The notes beneath the pieces are model-generated. The model ran no database searches, was not told the DNA's origin, and worked only from the letters and a program-made list of their open reading frames with translations. A program made the translations under genes and the position numbers. Positions 19,859 through 28,051 of a stretch of 64,000 nt of DNA are shown in pieces (positions within the stretch are counted from its first letter, which is position 1; each line of letters opens with the position of its first letter). The stretch lies in contig JBGSVZ010000062.1 of assembly GCA_041752695.1 (NCBI GenBank), positions 32,001 to 96,000 of the forward strand, read 5' to 3'. This stretch comes from Terrimicrobiaceae bacterium (GTDB taxonomy: Bacteria > Verrucomicrobiota > Verrucomicrobiia > Chthoniobacterales > Terrimicrobiaceae).

Positions 19859-20116
19859 GGTCATTGGTCATTTGTGACCGGCGATTAGTCAATATCAGAA
19901 TCGGGCCCCGGCGCGAAGCGCGACCGGGGCAACTCCGAACGTTGAACGCTCAACTTTCAACGCTCAAGTGAGGAAATTCGCGCGGAGCGCGCTCATGGGC
20001 GCAGTGCGCCCCAAATCAAACATCAAACATCCCACATTGCCGCCCTTGCCTCCCGGCCAGCGCCCGCCGGCCCGTGTTCCCATCTTCGATCTCCGAACCC
20101 CGATCTCCGAACTTCA
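19859..20116 (+). repeat. Cluster of four different short heptamer arrays
   Basis: GGTCATT-type x5 (19859-19893), AACGCTC-type x5 (19931-19965), ACATCAA-type x4 (20013-20040), ATCTCCG-type x5-6 (20075-20116). Confidence 0.8.
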
Positions 20117-21109
20117 CGCCACCCCTTCGAGACTCATTCCTCCCTCGAGCTCATTGGCGAGGATGGCCGTGATCTGGCCAGGCGACTCCAGTGCGGCGAG
20201 AATGCCGGTGTCCGGCACGGGAATAAATTTCGCGTCAGCCAGTTTGCGGGCAATCGCTTCGCCGGCGGTGAGGGGAAAGCCGGCGGCGCGGTCCGGCCAG
20301 AGAATCGTCACGGGCTGGGGCACGCGGTCGAGGCGCGATTCGATGTCGAAGGCGAGGCGACCGCGCAGGAAACCGAAGATGGCATGCTCGGCGCCGGTTT
20401 GCTGGGCGCAGGTGGCCAACGCGCGCACCATTTCTTCGTTGAGTCGGGAGGGGTCGCCCAGGGCAAACTTGGTCAGCCAGCCGCGGATGAACGGCGCGCG
20501 GGACAGGTAGTTGCGATAGACAAAACGGTTGAGTCCCGGCAGACCAACCAGCGCCACCATGCCGGCCGCGCGCCATTTGCCCGATTCCTTGAGTCCGGTG
20601 GGGAGAAGCACGATGAGCCGCTCGATGCGTTCCGGGTGCCGGGACGCCATCAAAAGCGCGATCCCTGCGGTGAGGCCGCTGGCCACGATGGTCGGACGTT
20701 TGCCGGGGCAGGTTTCCAATAAAAATTCCGCGATGCTTTCCGCGTAGTCCACCGCATCCATCGGATCCCCGGGGCGTTCGGATTCGCCGAACCCGATCAG
20801 ATCGGGCGCGATCACTTCGTGATCCAAGGTAAAGTGGGGATACACCTTCGACCACTCGTACGAAGAAGCTCCCAGATAGATGCCGTGCAAAAAGACCACG
20901 GGTTCACCCGCCCCGGAAATGTGATAAACCATCTCCCCTCGCGTGGTTTCCGCCACCCGGGTGGCGAAGATCGCCGGCGAGATATCGTCCGGCAGCCGGT
21001 CCCGCGGGGCGCGCCGCAATCCGTACCGAAACGCCAGGGCTACGGCCCCCATCAAGCCCACGCCAATGCCGATGCCCAGGGCGGGTTTGCGTTTCCAGAA
21101 CTTTCTCAC
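20114..21109 (-). CDS. Alpha/beta-fold hydrolase with N-terminal membrane anchor
   Basis: PVVFLHGIYLGASSYEW, APDLIGFGESERP; non-canonical nucleophile elbow (ASGLT). GTG 21109 is the likely start. Confidence 0.85.
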   Translation of the reverse strand: MRKFWKRKPALGIGIGVGLMGAVALAFRYGLRRAPRDRLPDDISPAIFATRVAETTRGEMVYHISGAGEPVVFLHGIYLGASSYEWSKVYPHFTLDHEVIAPDLIGFGESERPGDPMDAVDYAESIAEFLLETCPGKRPTIVASGLTAGIALLMASRHPERIERLIVLLPTGLKESGKWRAAGMVALVGLPGLNRFVYRNYLSRAPFIRGWLTKFALGDPSRLNEEMVRALATCAQQTGAEHAIFGFLRGRLAFDIESRLDRVPQPVTILWPDRAAGFPLTAGEAIARKLADAKFIPVPDTGILAALESPGQITAILANELEGGMSLEGVA

Positions 21110-21257
21110 AGCGGCCCCACTAAAGCACGGCTCCACGAAGTTGGCCAGTCCCGCAACAGATTGCTTGCAATTCGGAGCCGGGCGAGGGGTGTTTGGAAAA
21201 GCGGTCTCTCAGAACGCCGTCCGGTCTTGTTCCCTCCGGAACTCGCCCATGCGCTCG

Positions 21258-23843
21258 CTAGGAATGTCCCGGGGTTTCCGCCATCCGGACCTTCCGCCAG
21301 CGGCAGCTCGCGAACGCCACGGCCGCCAGCATCATCAAGCCTCCGGTCGTCGGCTCAGGCACCGCATCAAAATAGAGAAGAAGCTCCTTCCCGTCTTCGC
21401 TGGTGTTCCAAAAGAACTGTCCTTGTTCGAAGGTCGCGAATCCAAAGTACACGTTGAGGGCATTGCCGCTGGCGTAAAAGCTGCGCTCACTGCGCATCAC
21501 GACCCAGGTGTGATCGGTGTTCCAGAACGGATTGCCACTATTCGGATCGTCCACGAGGCTGAAGTTTGGATCGATGGTGAACAAATTCGCGCTGTCCGGA
21601 CCCAGCAGAACATTCTCCGTGGTTTGAAAATCGATCAGGCTCCAGTCCTCGCCGGCGACTCCGCCGCTTTCCGCGGTGGTCAGGTCGCCGAGTGTCCATT
21701 CGTAAACGCTGTTGCCGGCAAACGTCGTGGCATCTGTGAAGACCAATGTGCCGATGGGGGCTCCCGACCCGACCGAGCCGTTGATCTCCGCAACGCCGGA
21801 TATGGTCCCGTATCCTTCCAGAAGCGAATAGGGCGATGTCGTGACGGCCCCCACGGTGCCGCCCTCCAGGATGAGCGTGCCGGAATTTAAGGTCACCTCA
21901 CCCGAAACGCCGGCCGATGAACCGGACACTACCAGCGCCGCGCCCGGTCCCACCTCGACCGGGCCGCTGCCGGTGGCGGACACGCTATTGGCGACCGTGA
22001 GTGTCCCGGATTGCACAAAGGTCCCGCCGGTGTAGCTGCTCGTGCCGGTCAAAGTCAGATTGCCGGGACCAAAGACCGCAACGCCCCCGGTGGTCTCAAT
22101 GCTGGAGGAGATGAGTCCGCCCTCGTTGCTGGAATAGATAACGCCGCGCGACGCTCCGAAATCCACGATGCTCGCGCCGATCTGGCCTCCATTCAGGATC
22201 ACGCCCGCATTGTCCCCGGCGAGGCCGCCTCCGACTTGCAGGATTGTCGTTCCCCCGCCCGAGGTGAGGGCGGCCTGCTGAACCCGGACGGCATGGATCG
22301 CGGCGGTCGATCCCGCTGCCAGAACTTGATCGTCCAACGCATTGTAAATGGCGCTGGCTGCTGCCGCATTGATCCCAACGGTGCCGGACGAGGTATAACC
22401 GGCGACCGAGAATCCCGTGCTGGCGGTGTAGGTGAGATAATCCCCGTCTGCCGCGGCATTATTGTCTGCGGCAACGATGGCGGGGGAAACCATGCCATTG
22501 TTCAAGGGAACGGTGCCGCTACCGGAGACAAACACTTGCACCGTTGAGCCCAGCGAGGCGTTTCCGGTCGCGGCTGCCACAACCAGAGTGCCGGCTCCCT
22601 GTTGTTGAAAATTCTCCGCCGCGGCCGCGGTGGAATCGCCCACCGTGACGGTGAGGCTGGAGTTTCCATTGGGATCAAGGGCAAGCTTTGCCCCGCCGGC
22701 AAACGTGAGTCGGCTTCCCGTGCCGCTGGCCAGCGTCAGGGCAATGTCCGCGGGCGAGCCCGTCACCCCCGGTGCCAAAGTCAGGGTCCCGTAATCCAGG
22801 CGTGCCGAACCGGTCCCCAGCGGGGTTCCCAAATTTTGGCTGCTGCTGATGCCGCCCCCGTTGAGCGTGTTGGTTCCCGTCGTTGTGTTGGTTCCTCCGG
22901 TGAGAAAAAGGGTGCCGCCGCCGGCCTTGTGCAAACCGTACTCCCCCGCGAGCGGAGCCAGCACTTCGAGGTCGCCGCCGCCTGTATTCAGAACCGGCGT
23001 GCTGCCGGTGAGCACCCAGGTTGCAGGTGTCCAGCCACCCGTCGGCAGTTCGCTGGGATGGATCCGGATGGTGAAGCCATTCTCGATCAGCGCCCGGTTC
23101 GTGGCGGTGAGGGTGGAGTTTGGCTGCGCGGGGTCAAATTGGATCGCAACCTCGGCCGGATCGGTACCGGAGATGGTTCCTGTGAAATGCGTGACCTGCG
23201 CGTATTGCGGATTGCTGGACGGAACATCGGGTACGGAAAACAACGTGCCCGGCGCAGGATTGCTAAGCACCAGATATCCCGGAGCCGGCTGGCCGGGACC
23301 CGAGAGGTTTGTGTCCGTCACGGCGATAAAGTGCCCTCCTCCCCGCGTAAACACATGAGACGATGGCGCGGTTTCGGTATACCAGCCAATGACCAAAAAC
23401 GTGGCCTGATAAGGATCGGGGATTGTGCTGGAGAACCACGCCAAATCGGGCCCGGGCTGCTGACCGACTTCCGCGGTGGCAAACCCCTTGGCCGCGAGAT
23501 ACGTCTGCACGCCCATCATGATCTGGTCACCCGTCGCCCCACTCAATTGCGTGCTTCCCGGAAGGCCTATCAGATTCTGCTCCAATTGCAGGTAATCCGC
23601 GAAGCCTGGGCTGGGGGGAAGGATCTGGGTAAACCCCGCAGAGGCCAGGTAAGCCAGGGACATTGTCGCTGAAGTGGCTCCGCAATACGACGAACCGTCC
23701 CCGAGCAGATCAAAGCCGCCCGGTCCAAAGCCGACCTGGATGAGCGAGGGTGTCTGCGTGACCTTGTCCTGAGCTTGCAGGGGCGGTTCCCACCATCCCA
23801 GAATTCCCCCCATGGCCAGCAATGCTCCAACCCGCTTTCGCAT
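21258..23843 (-). CDS. PEP-CTERM surface protein with C39/papain-like N-terminal domain and autotransporter-associated beta-strand repeats
   Basis: Signal peptide; YCGATS...GGHFIAV...LSNP; LHKAGGGTLFLTGGTNTTTG and GPGNLTLTGTSSYTGGTFV repeats; C-terminal VPEPTTGGLMMLAAVAFASCRWRK. Confidence 0.88.
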   Translation of the reverse strand: MRKRVGALLAMGGILGWWEPPLQAQDKVTQTPSLIQVGFGPGGFDLLGDGSSYCGATSATMSLAYLASAGFTQILPPSPGFADYLQLEQNLIGLPGSTQLSGATGDQIMMGVQTYLAAKGFATAEVGQQPGPDLAWFSSTIPDPYQATFLVIGWYTETAPSSHVFTRGGGHFIAVTDTNLSGPGQPAPGYLVLSNPAPGTLFSVPDVPSSNPQYAQVTHFTGTISGTDPAEVAIQFDPAQPNSTLTATNRALIENGFTIRIHPSELPTGGWTPATWVLTGSTPVLNTGGGDLEVLAPLAGEYGLHKAGGGTLFLTGGTNTTTGTNTLNGGGISSSQNLGTPLGTGSARLDYGTLTLAPGVTGSPADIALTLASGTGSRLTFAGGAKLALDPNGNSSLTVTVGDSTAAAAENFQQQGAGTLVVAAATGNASLGSTVQVFVSGSGTVPLNNGMVSPAIVAADNNAAADGDYLTYTASTGFSVAGYTSSGTVGINAAAASAIYNALDDQVLAAGSTAAIHAVRVQQAALTSGGGTTILQVGGGLAGDNAGVILNGGQIGASIVDFGASRGVIYSSNEGGLISSSIETTGGVAVFGPGNLTLTGTSSYTGGTFVQSGTLTVANSVSATGSGPVEVGPGAALVVSGSSAGVSGEVTLNSGTLILEGGTVGAVTTSPYSLLEGYGTISGVAEINGSVGSGAPIGTLVFTDATTFAGNSVYEWTLGDLTTAESGGVAGEDWSLIDFQTTENVLLGPDSANLFTIDPNFSLVDDPNSGNPFWNTDHTWVVMRSERSFYASGNALNVYFGFATFEQGQFFWNTSEDGKELLLYFDAVPEPTTGGLMMLAAVAFASCRWRKVRMAETPGHS

Positions 23844-24009
23844 CCGGCTCCCGTAGATATCTGCCGGGAAAAAGTCAACCCGGCAGGATGGTTCCACGGG
23901 AAGGAACGGAGGGCTGAAAATCATCGTGCCGCCGCGAGGCAAGCACACATCAAAACGAAACCGATTGTGCGGGAAGGGGACCCGGACAAATTTTTTTAAA
24001 AAAGTTTAA

Positions 24010-24170
24010 TTCCCCCAAACCACCCGATACGCCGTCGGAACCAAAGAGGAGGCACTGTGGAAGAAGAAGTGTTATCCGGCGGCCGTCTTCCGGGTGAAGG
24101 ACAGCGAGCCTTTTAGCCACTACAAAGGTTTTGGCGATGACCGGGACGAATGGGTTTCATCGCGCGTATT
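24010..24170 (+). pseudogene. Degenerate Tudor/Agenet-domain gene remnant
   Basis: Frame reads YAVGTKEEALWKKKCYPAAVFRVKDSEPFSHYKGFGDDRDEWVSSR; in-frame TAA at 24007 and no start codon before the domain. Confidence 0.7.
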
Positions 24171-24388
24171 TGGATGCCGGGAGACTAGTCCGTTCGGCGT
24201 CCTGCCCGTTCTTCCGCCTTCAAATGCTCAGAGCGTTTCTGAAGGGATGAGTCTTCCGAAAGTAGTCCGCGACGTTTCCGGGTTCCAATTCCCGCAACCG
24301 GCGTTGTCCCTTGCCGTTTAGGGTTGTTTTATCTGCTTGCTCCGGTCTTGCCCCAGTGCGACACTCCGCGGCTCCCGTCAGGAGATTT

Positions 24389-24460
24389 GCCGGCATAGCT
24401 CAGTGGTAGAGCAACGGTTTTGTAAACCGTCGGTCCTCGGTTCGAACCCGAGTGCCGGCT
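24389..24460 (+). tRNA. tRNA-Thr(TGT)
   Basis: Acceptor stem GCCGGCA/TGCCGGC, anticodon arm ACGGT-TTTGTAA-ACCGT, T arm CTCGG-TTCGAAC-CCGAG; CCA not encoded. Confidence 0.96.
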
Positions 24461-24762
24461 CCCCTCAAAAATAATCGGACCCCGTGCATGCCTGCCCGCG
24501 GTCGTAACTTGCCCGCCACACGCGGGGACCGTGGACCGACCTCCCGGTAGGGCCGGTTGTTCCGACCCGCCGTTTTCGCCGCAGAGGGAAGGAGACGCGA
24601 ATGGCACGAATTGGCACCAATTGCGGAAATCGAGTTCCCGAACCGGGGCGGTCTTCGGGTCATTCCGGGGGTCAAGATTTCTTGACCCCGCCGCCGCAAC
24701 GTGCCGCGCAGACTGTCTCGGCTTCGCTCACGGTGGAGTGAGGCGGGGACCGACGAATGGAT

Positions 24763-24791
24763 TTGACATCTGACAAATTATCAGACAAAAT
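24763..24791 (+). promoter_or_regulatory. Toxin-antitoxin promoter with operator palindrome in the spacer
   Basis: TTGACA-17 bp-CAAAAT; the spacer TCTGACAAATTATCAGA is an imperfect palindrome (TCTGA-N7-TCAGA). Confidence 0.7.
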
Positions 24792-24799
24792 ATCAAATA

Positions 24800-25027
24800 A
24801 TGGAGGCAACAGTGACGGAGCTATTACGAGAATTTCCCCGAGTGCGCCGCGCGGTGCTGGCGGGGGAGACGGTCATCATCAAGGCTCGCGAGGGTGATAT
24901 GCGATTAACCCTGGATGCGTCGCAGACGGACTCGCGCATCGGGTGCATGCGCGGACTTGTGATCCAAAGCGATGAGGATATCGACCAACCGTCAACGGAT
25001 GACACGAGTTGGGACTCCAAATTGTGA
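24800..25027 (+). CDS. Phd/YefM-like antitoxin
   Basis: MEATVTELLREFPRVRRAVLAGETVII...IGCMRG; 75 aa; its stop overlaps the toxin start (GTGA). Confidence 0.85.
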   Translation: MEATVTELLREFPRVRRAVLAGETVIIKAREGDMRLTLDASQTDSRIGCMRGLVIQSDEDIDQPSTDDTSWDSKL

Positions 25028-25410
25028 GAGTCCTGCTGGATACGCATGCCGTGGTCTGGGCGGCGGATGGAGATCATCGTTTGGGGACCGCTGCCACGAG
25101 TCTGCTAAAGTCCATGAATCCGGGCGAGGCGTTGATCTCTGACATCACATTGTTGGAAATCGCGATGCTGGTCAAAAAGGGCCGCATTCAACTTGCTGTT
25201 TCCAGCAAGGAATACCTTCGCAAGTTGCAACGGAACTATCCGCTCCTGACGATCACTTCCGAGATTGCCGCGATCGCAGTGGACCTCGATCTCCCGCACG
25301 GCGATCCGTTCGACCGAATCATTGTCGCCACCGCTCAACACCACGATCTGCTTCTCTTGACCCGTGACCAGGCCATCACCAACAGCGGTTTGGTGAAGAC
25401 CGCGTGGTGA
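25024..25410 (+). CDS. vapC: PIN-domain VapC toxin
   Basis: VLLDTHAVVW, ISDITLLEI, HGDPFDRIIVATA, LLTRD. Confidence 0.93.
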   Translation: MRVLLDTHAVVWAADGDHRLGTAATSLLKSMNPGEALISDITLLEIAMLVKKGRIQLAVSSKEYLRKLQRNYPLLTITSEIAAIAVDLDLPHGDPFDRIIVATAQHHDLLLLTRDQAITNSGLVKTAW

Positions 25411-25634
25411 GAGAACCTGGCTGTCGAGGCCGGTCACGAGCCTCGGAAGGGCGAGAATGATAAGTTATGGGACCCCTTAGGCCATTCCCAACATCCCTGC
25501 CTTAACAAGCCGGAAGCAGGGGAGTGCTCCCATCGGAAAACTCGCTTTTTTCTTTTCGGGATATCCCTTGCTAAACCCCCCTCCGCCCTTTAACAACGCA
25601 ATCGGTTGTCATGAATAGGGAATCTCAACGGCTC

Positions 25635-25716
25635 AATGGTTCGACGCGAAGGCGTCAGGGAACCGCGACCATTTTGCGCTTTACCAAGGCCGGAGTTTTC
25701 CTCCGGCTTTTTGTTT
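25635..25716 (+). promoter_or_regulatory. Candidate structured leader RNA with intrinsic terminator
   Basis: AATGGT..ACCATT closing stem, GACGC-GAAG-GCGTC hairpin, alternative GGTTC/GAACC pairing, then AAGGCCGGAG-TTTTC-CTCCGGCTTT-TTGTTT; ends 66 nt upstream of the PEP-CTERM start. Confidence 0.55.
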
Positions 25717-25782
25717 AGCGCAACCTTCCAGCTCGCGGACCGACTCGACGCACAATTTCAACCAACCAAACTTTCCCCTGCT

Positions 25783-27282
25783 ATGAAAAACACATCCGAC
25801 CTTCAGATTCGCAATGGCCTCATCGCGCTGGCCACCTGCCTTGCCATCCATCCAGCCACCCTCCACGCCGCCGGGCTCACCGCCTCCGACGGCGCGTTGA
25901 ATGATATCTTCGGCAATTCCGTGAGTCTCTCGGGCAGCATCGGCCTCGTCGGGGCTGAAAGTGACGACATTGGAGCCAACGCCAACCAAGGCTCGGCCTA
26001 TGTCTTTCGCAGTCTGAATACGGCGACGGGCATGATCACCGAGAACGTGAAGCTCACCGCCTCCGACGGCGCGGCGAGTGATGGTTTCGGCTTTTCGGTG
26101 GGTCTATCGGGCAGCATCGGCCTCGTCGGGGCTAACTTTGACGATATTGGAGCCAACTCCAATCAAGGCTCGGCCTATGTCTTTCGCAATCTGGATACGG
26201 CCACGGGCAGCATCACCGAGAACGTGAAGCTCACCGCCTCCGACGGCGCGGCGAGTGATATCTTCGGCAATTCCGTGAGTCAATCGGGCAGCATCGGCCT
26301 CGTCGGGGCTAACGGTGACGATATTGGGGCCAACTCCAACCAAGGCTCGGCCTATGTCTTTCGCAGTCTGGATACGGCCACGGGTAGCATCACCGAGAAC
26401 GTGAAGCTCACCGCCTCCGACGGCGCGGCGAGTGATGGTTTCGGCATTTCCGTGAGTCAATCGGGCAGCATCGGCCTCGTCGGGGCTAGCGGTGACGATA
26501 TTGGAGCTAACGTCAACCAAGGCTCGGCCTATGTCTTTCGCAGTCTGGATACGGCCACGGGCATGATCACCGAGAACGTGAAGCTCACCGCCTCCGACGG
26601 CGCGGCGAGTGATTTGTTCGGCCGTTCGGTGGGTCTGGATGGCGATCAATTCATCATCGGCGCCAATGCCAAGAATTTTGGCACTGGCAAAGCCTACACC
26701 GGCAGCGTTGCCTCCGTCACCACCCTCGACACCGGCAGCACGAGCAAGACCATCTCCGGAATCAGCTTCATCACGCAGGACAACTGGATCATCGGCCAGA
26801 CGACCGATGCTAACATCGTGACTCTTTCCGCAGGCGATACGGCCAACGTCACTGCGAGCGGCAAAGCGGTTTATATCGGCCAGAACGCTGGTTCGGACAA
26901 CAACACGCTCATCGTCAACGGCAACGTCACGGCCAACGAACTCTACATCGGCGTGTTGGCGGGCAATGAGGGCAACACCCTGTCGCTCGATAGCACGGGT
27001 ACTTTCGCCATTAACTCCATTCGTCTGGCCCAGGAAAACTTTCTCGAAATCGAGGGTGACTACACGAATATCACCAGCCTCCTCGTCTACCTGGGAACCT
27101 CCAACCTCCAAGTCTGGACCGGCAGTCTGTGGGAAACCGTGGACAGTGTCGACTACAGCGTCCTCATCACCAGCAGCTTTAGCAGCGGCATAACCACCAT
27201 CCAAGCCATCCCCGAGCCTTCGACCTGTGTGTTGATCGGATTGGGCGCCGCCGTGATTCTCTTTCGCCGCCGCAAGGCGTGA
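25783..27282 (+). CDS. FG-GAP-repeat PEP-CTERM surface protein
   Basis: Signal peptide; LTASDG..FG.SV.LSG.IGLVGA..DD.....QGSAYVF repeats; C-terminal IPEPSTCVLIGLGAAVILFRRRK. Confidence 0.92.
   Translation: MKNTSDLQIRNGLIALATCLAIHPATLHAAGLTASDGALNDIFGNSVSLSGSIGLVGAESDDIGANANQGSAYVFRSLNTATGMITENVKLTASDGAASDGFGFSVGLSGSIGLVGANFDDIGANSNQGSAYVFRNLDTATGSITENVKLTASDGAASDIFGNSVSQSGSIGLVGANGDDIGANSNQGSAYVFRSLDTATGSITENVKLTASDGAASDGFGISVSQSGSIGLVGASGDDIGANVNQGSAYVFRSLDTATGMITENVKLTASDGAASDLFGRSVGLDGDQFIIGANAKNFGTGKAYTGSVASVTTLDTGSTSKTISGISFITQDNWIIGQTTDANIVTLSAGDTANVTASGKAVYIGQNAGSDNNTLIVNGNVTANELYIGVLAGNEGNTLSLDSTGTFAINSIRLAQENFLEIEGDYTNITSLLVYLGTSNLQVWTGSLWETVDSVDYSVLITSSFSSGITTIQAIPEPSTCVLIGLGAAVILFRRRKA
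25876..26665 (+). repeat. Intragenic 177-bp (59-aa) tandem repeat, about 4.5 copies
   Basis: Units start at 25876, 26053, 26230, 26407 and 26584; near-identical at DNA level. Confidence 0.95.
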
Positions 27283-27330
27283 TGTCCTTACACCTGCTCC
27301 TGAGCTTAACCCGAAAACGGCGATTGAAGG

Positions 27331-27412
27331 CCCGGTAGGGATGGCTGTCCCAGCCGTCCGACTTGTTGCATTGGGAAGCGACGGACGGCGAGGGACCGCC
27401 GTCCCTACCGGG
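27331..27412. repeat. GTAG-type REP inverted pair (REPIN-like)
   Basis: CCCGGTAGGGATGGCTGTCCCAGCCGTCCG ... CGGACGGCGAGGGACCGCCGTCCCTACCGGG; related single arm CCCGGTAGGGCCGG at ~24543. Confidence 0.82.
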
Positions 27413-27475
27413 TGATCGATTTCGGCTATCGCCGTTTTCGGGAAACTCGGGATCTGGCGGCATTTTCTTGCAGAT

Positions 27476-27775
27476 GCCGTCGCCTCCGGCTGGTCACGCA
27501 GCGTGCTGGTTCACCAACTCGACAACGGACTCCACAAGCGCGCAGGCCAAGCTCCGACCAATTTTGCCCTCTCCCTGCCGCCGATCCAATCCGACCTCGC
27601 GCGGGAAATGCTAAAAGAACCGCGTGATGCCGGGTTGCTCGGGCGCGAGACGAAGGGCGAGGTGGTGTTGGTGTCCCGGTTGCGCTTGGCGTTGGAGCGG
27701 CTCAATCCCGCGCTGCCGCCCGAAGCCAACCCCGCCGCCGTGGATGAATTGACCTGCGACCGTTCAGCGATCAGC
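27476..27775 (+). pseudogene. Chimeric scar: DUF1016/YhcG fragment fused to type I R-M HsdR N-terminal fragment
   Basis: GWSRSVLVHQLDNGLHKRAGQAPTNFALSLPPIQSDLAREMLKEP (YhcG-like), followed in frame by LGRETKGEVVLVSRLRLALERLNPALPPEA..AVDELT (HsdR_N-like). Confidence 0.8.
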
Positions 27776-28051
27776 CCATTTCTGGAAGCAGGTGGTTTGG
27801 TCGAGAATGGAAGATTTCACCAGAAATGGTATTTTCGCCACCCGGTGAAACACTAAATATTAGTGAAAGATGTAATTTTTTGATTTCACTAGATATGGGG
27901 TCTGGAAGGGGTCAGCCATTGGAAGTTGATCTTGAAAGCAAGCTTGGCGGAACCGGCCAGTTTGAAATAGTCGCGGAATTCTAGACCCCTTTCCCTTTCC
28001 GCTTCTTGCAGCGCAAGCTCCTCTCCCGGATGTGGACGGGGCCCGCTCGCA

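Noticed and set aside
7324..19971. Long antisense ORFs (e.g. 7324-8700, 9579-10910, 15194-16681, 17222-18706)
   Set aside because: Shadow frames of well-supported genes in high-GC DNA, with no recognisable motifs.
25614..25625. Cobalamin riboswitch (AATAGGGAATC)
   Set aside because: Not followed by the CGGTG..AATCCG hairpin or a B12 box.
25876..26665. DGR template/variable repeat pair
   Set aside because: The repeats are in-frame tandem protein repeats, differences are not adenine-specific, and no reverse transcriptase is present.
24440..28050. attR duplicate of the tRNA-Thr 3' end or an integrase gene
   Set aside because: None found by eye, so the region is not called an intact mobile element.
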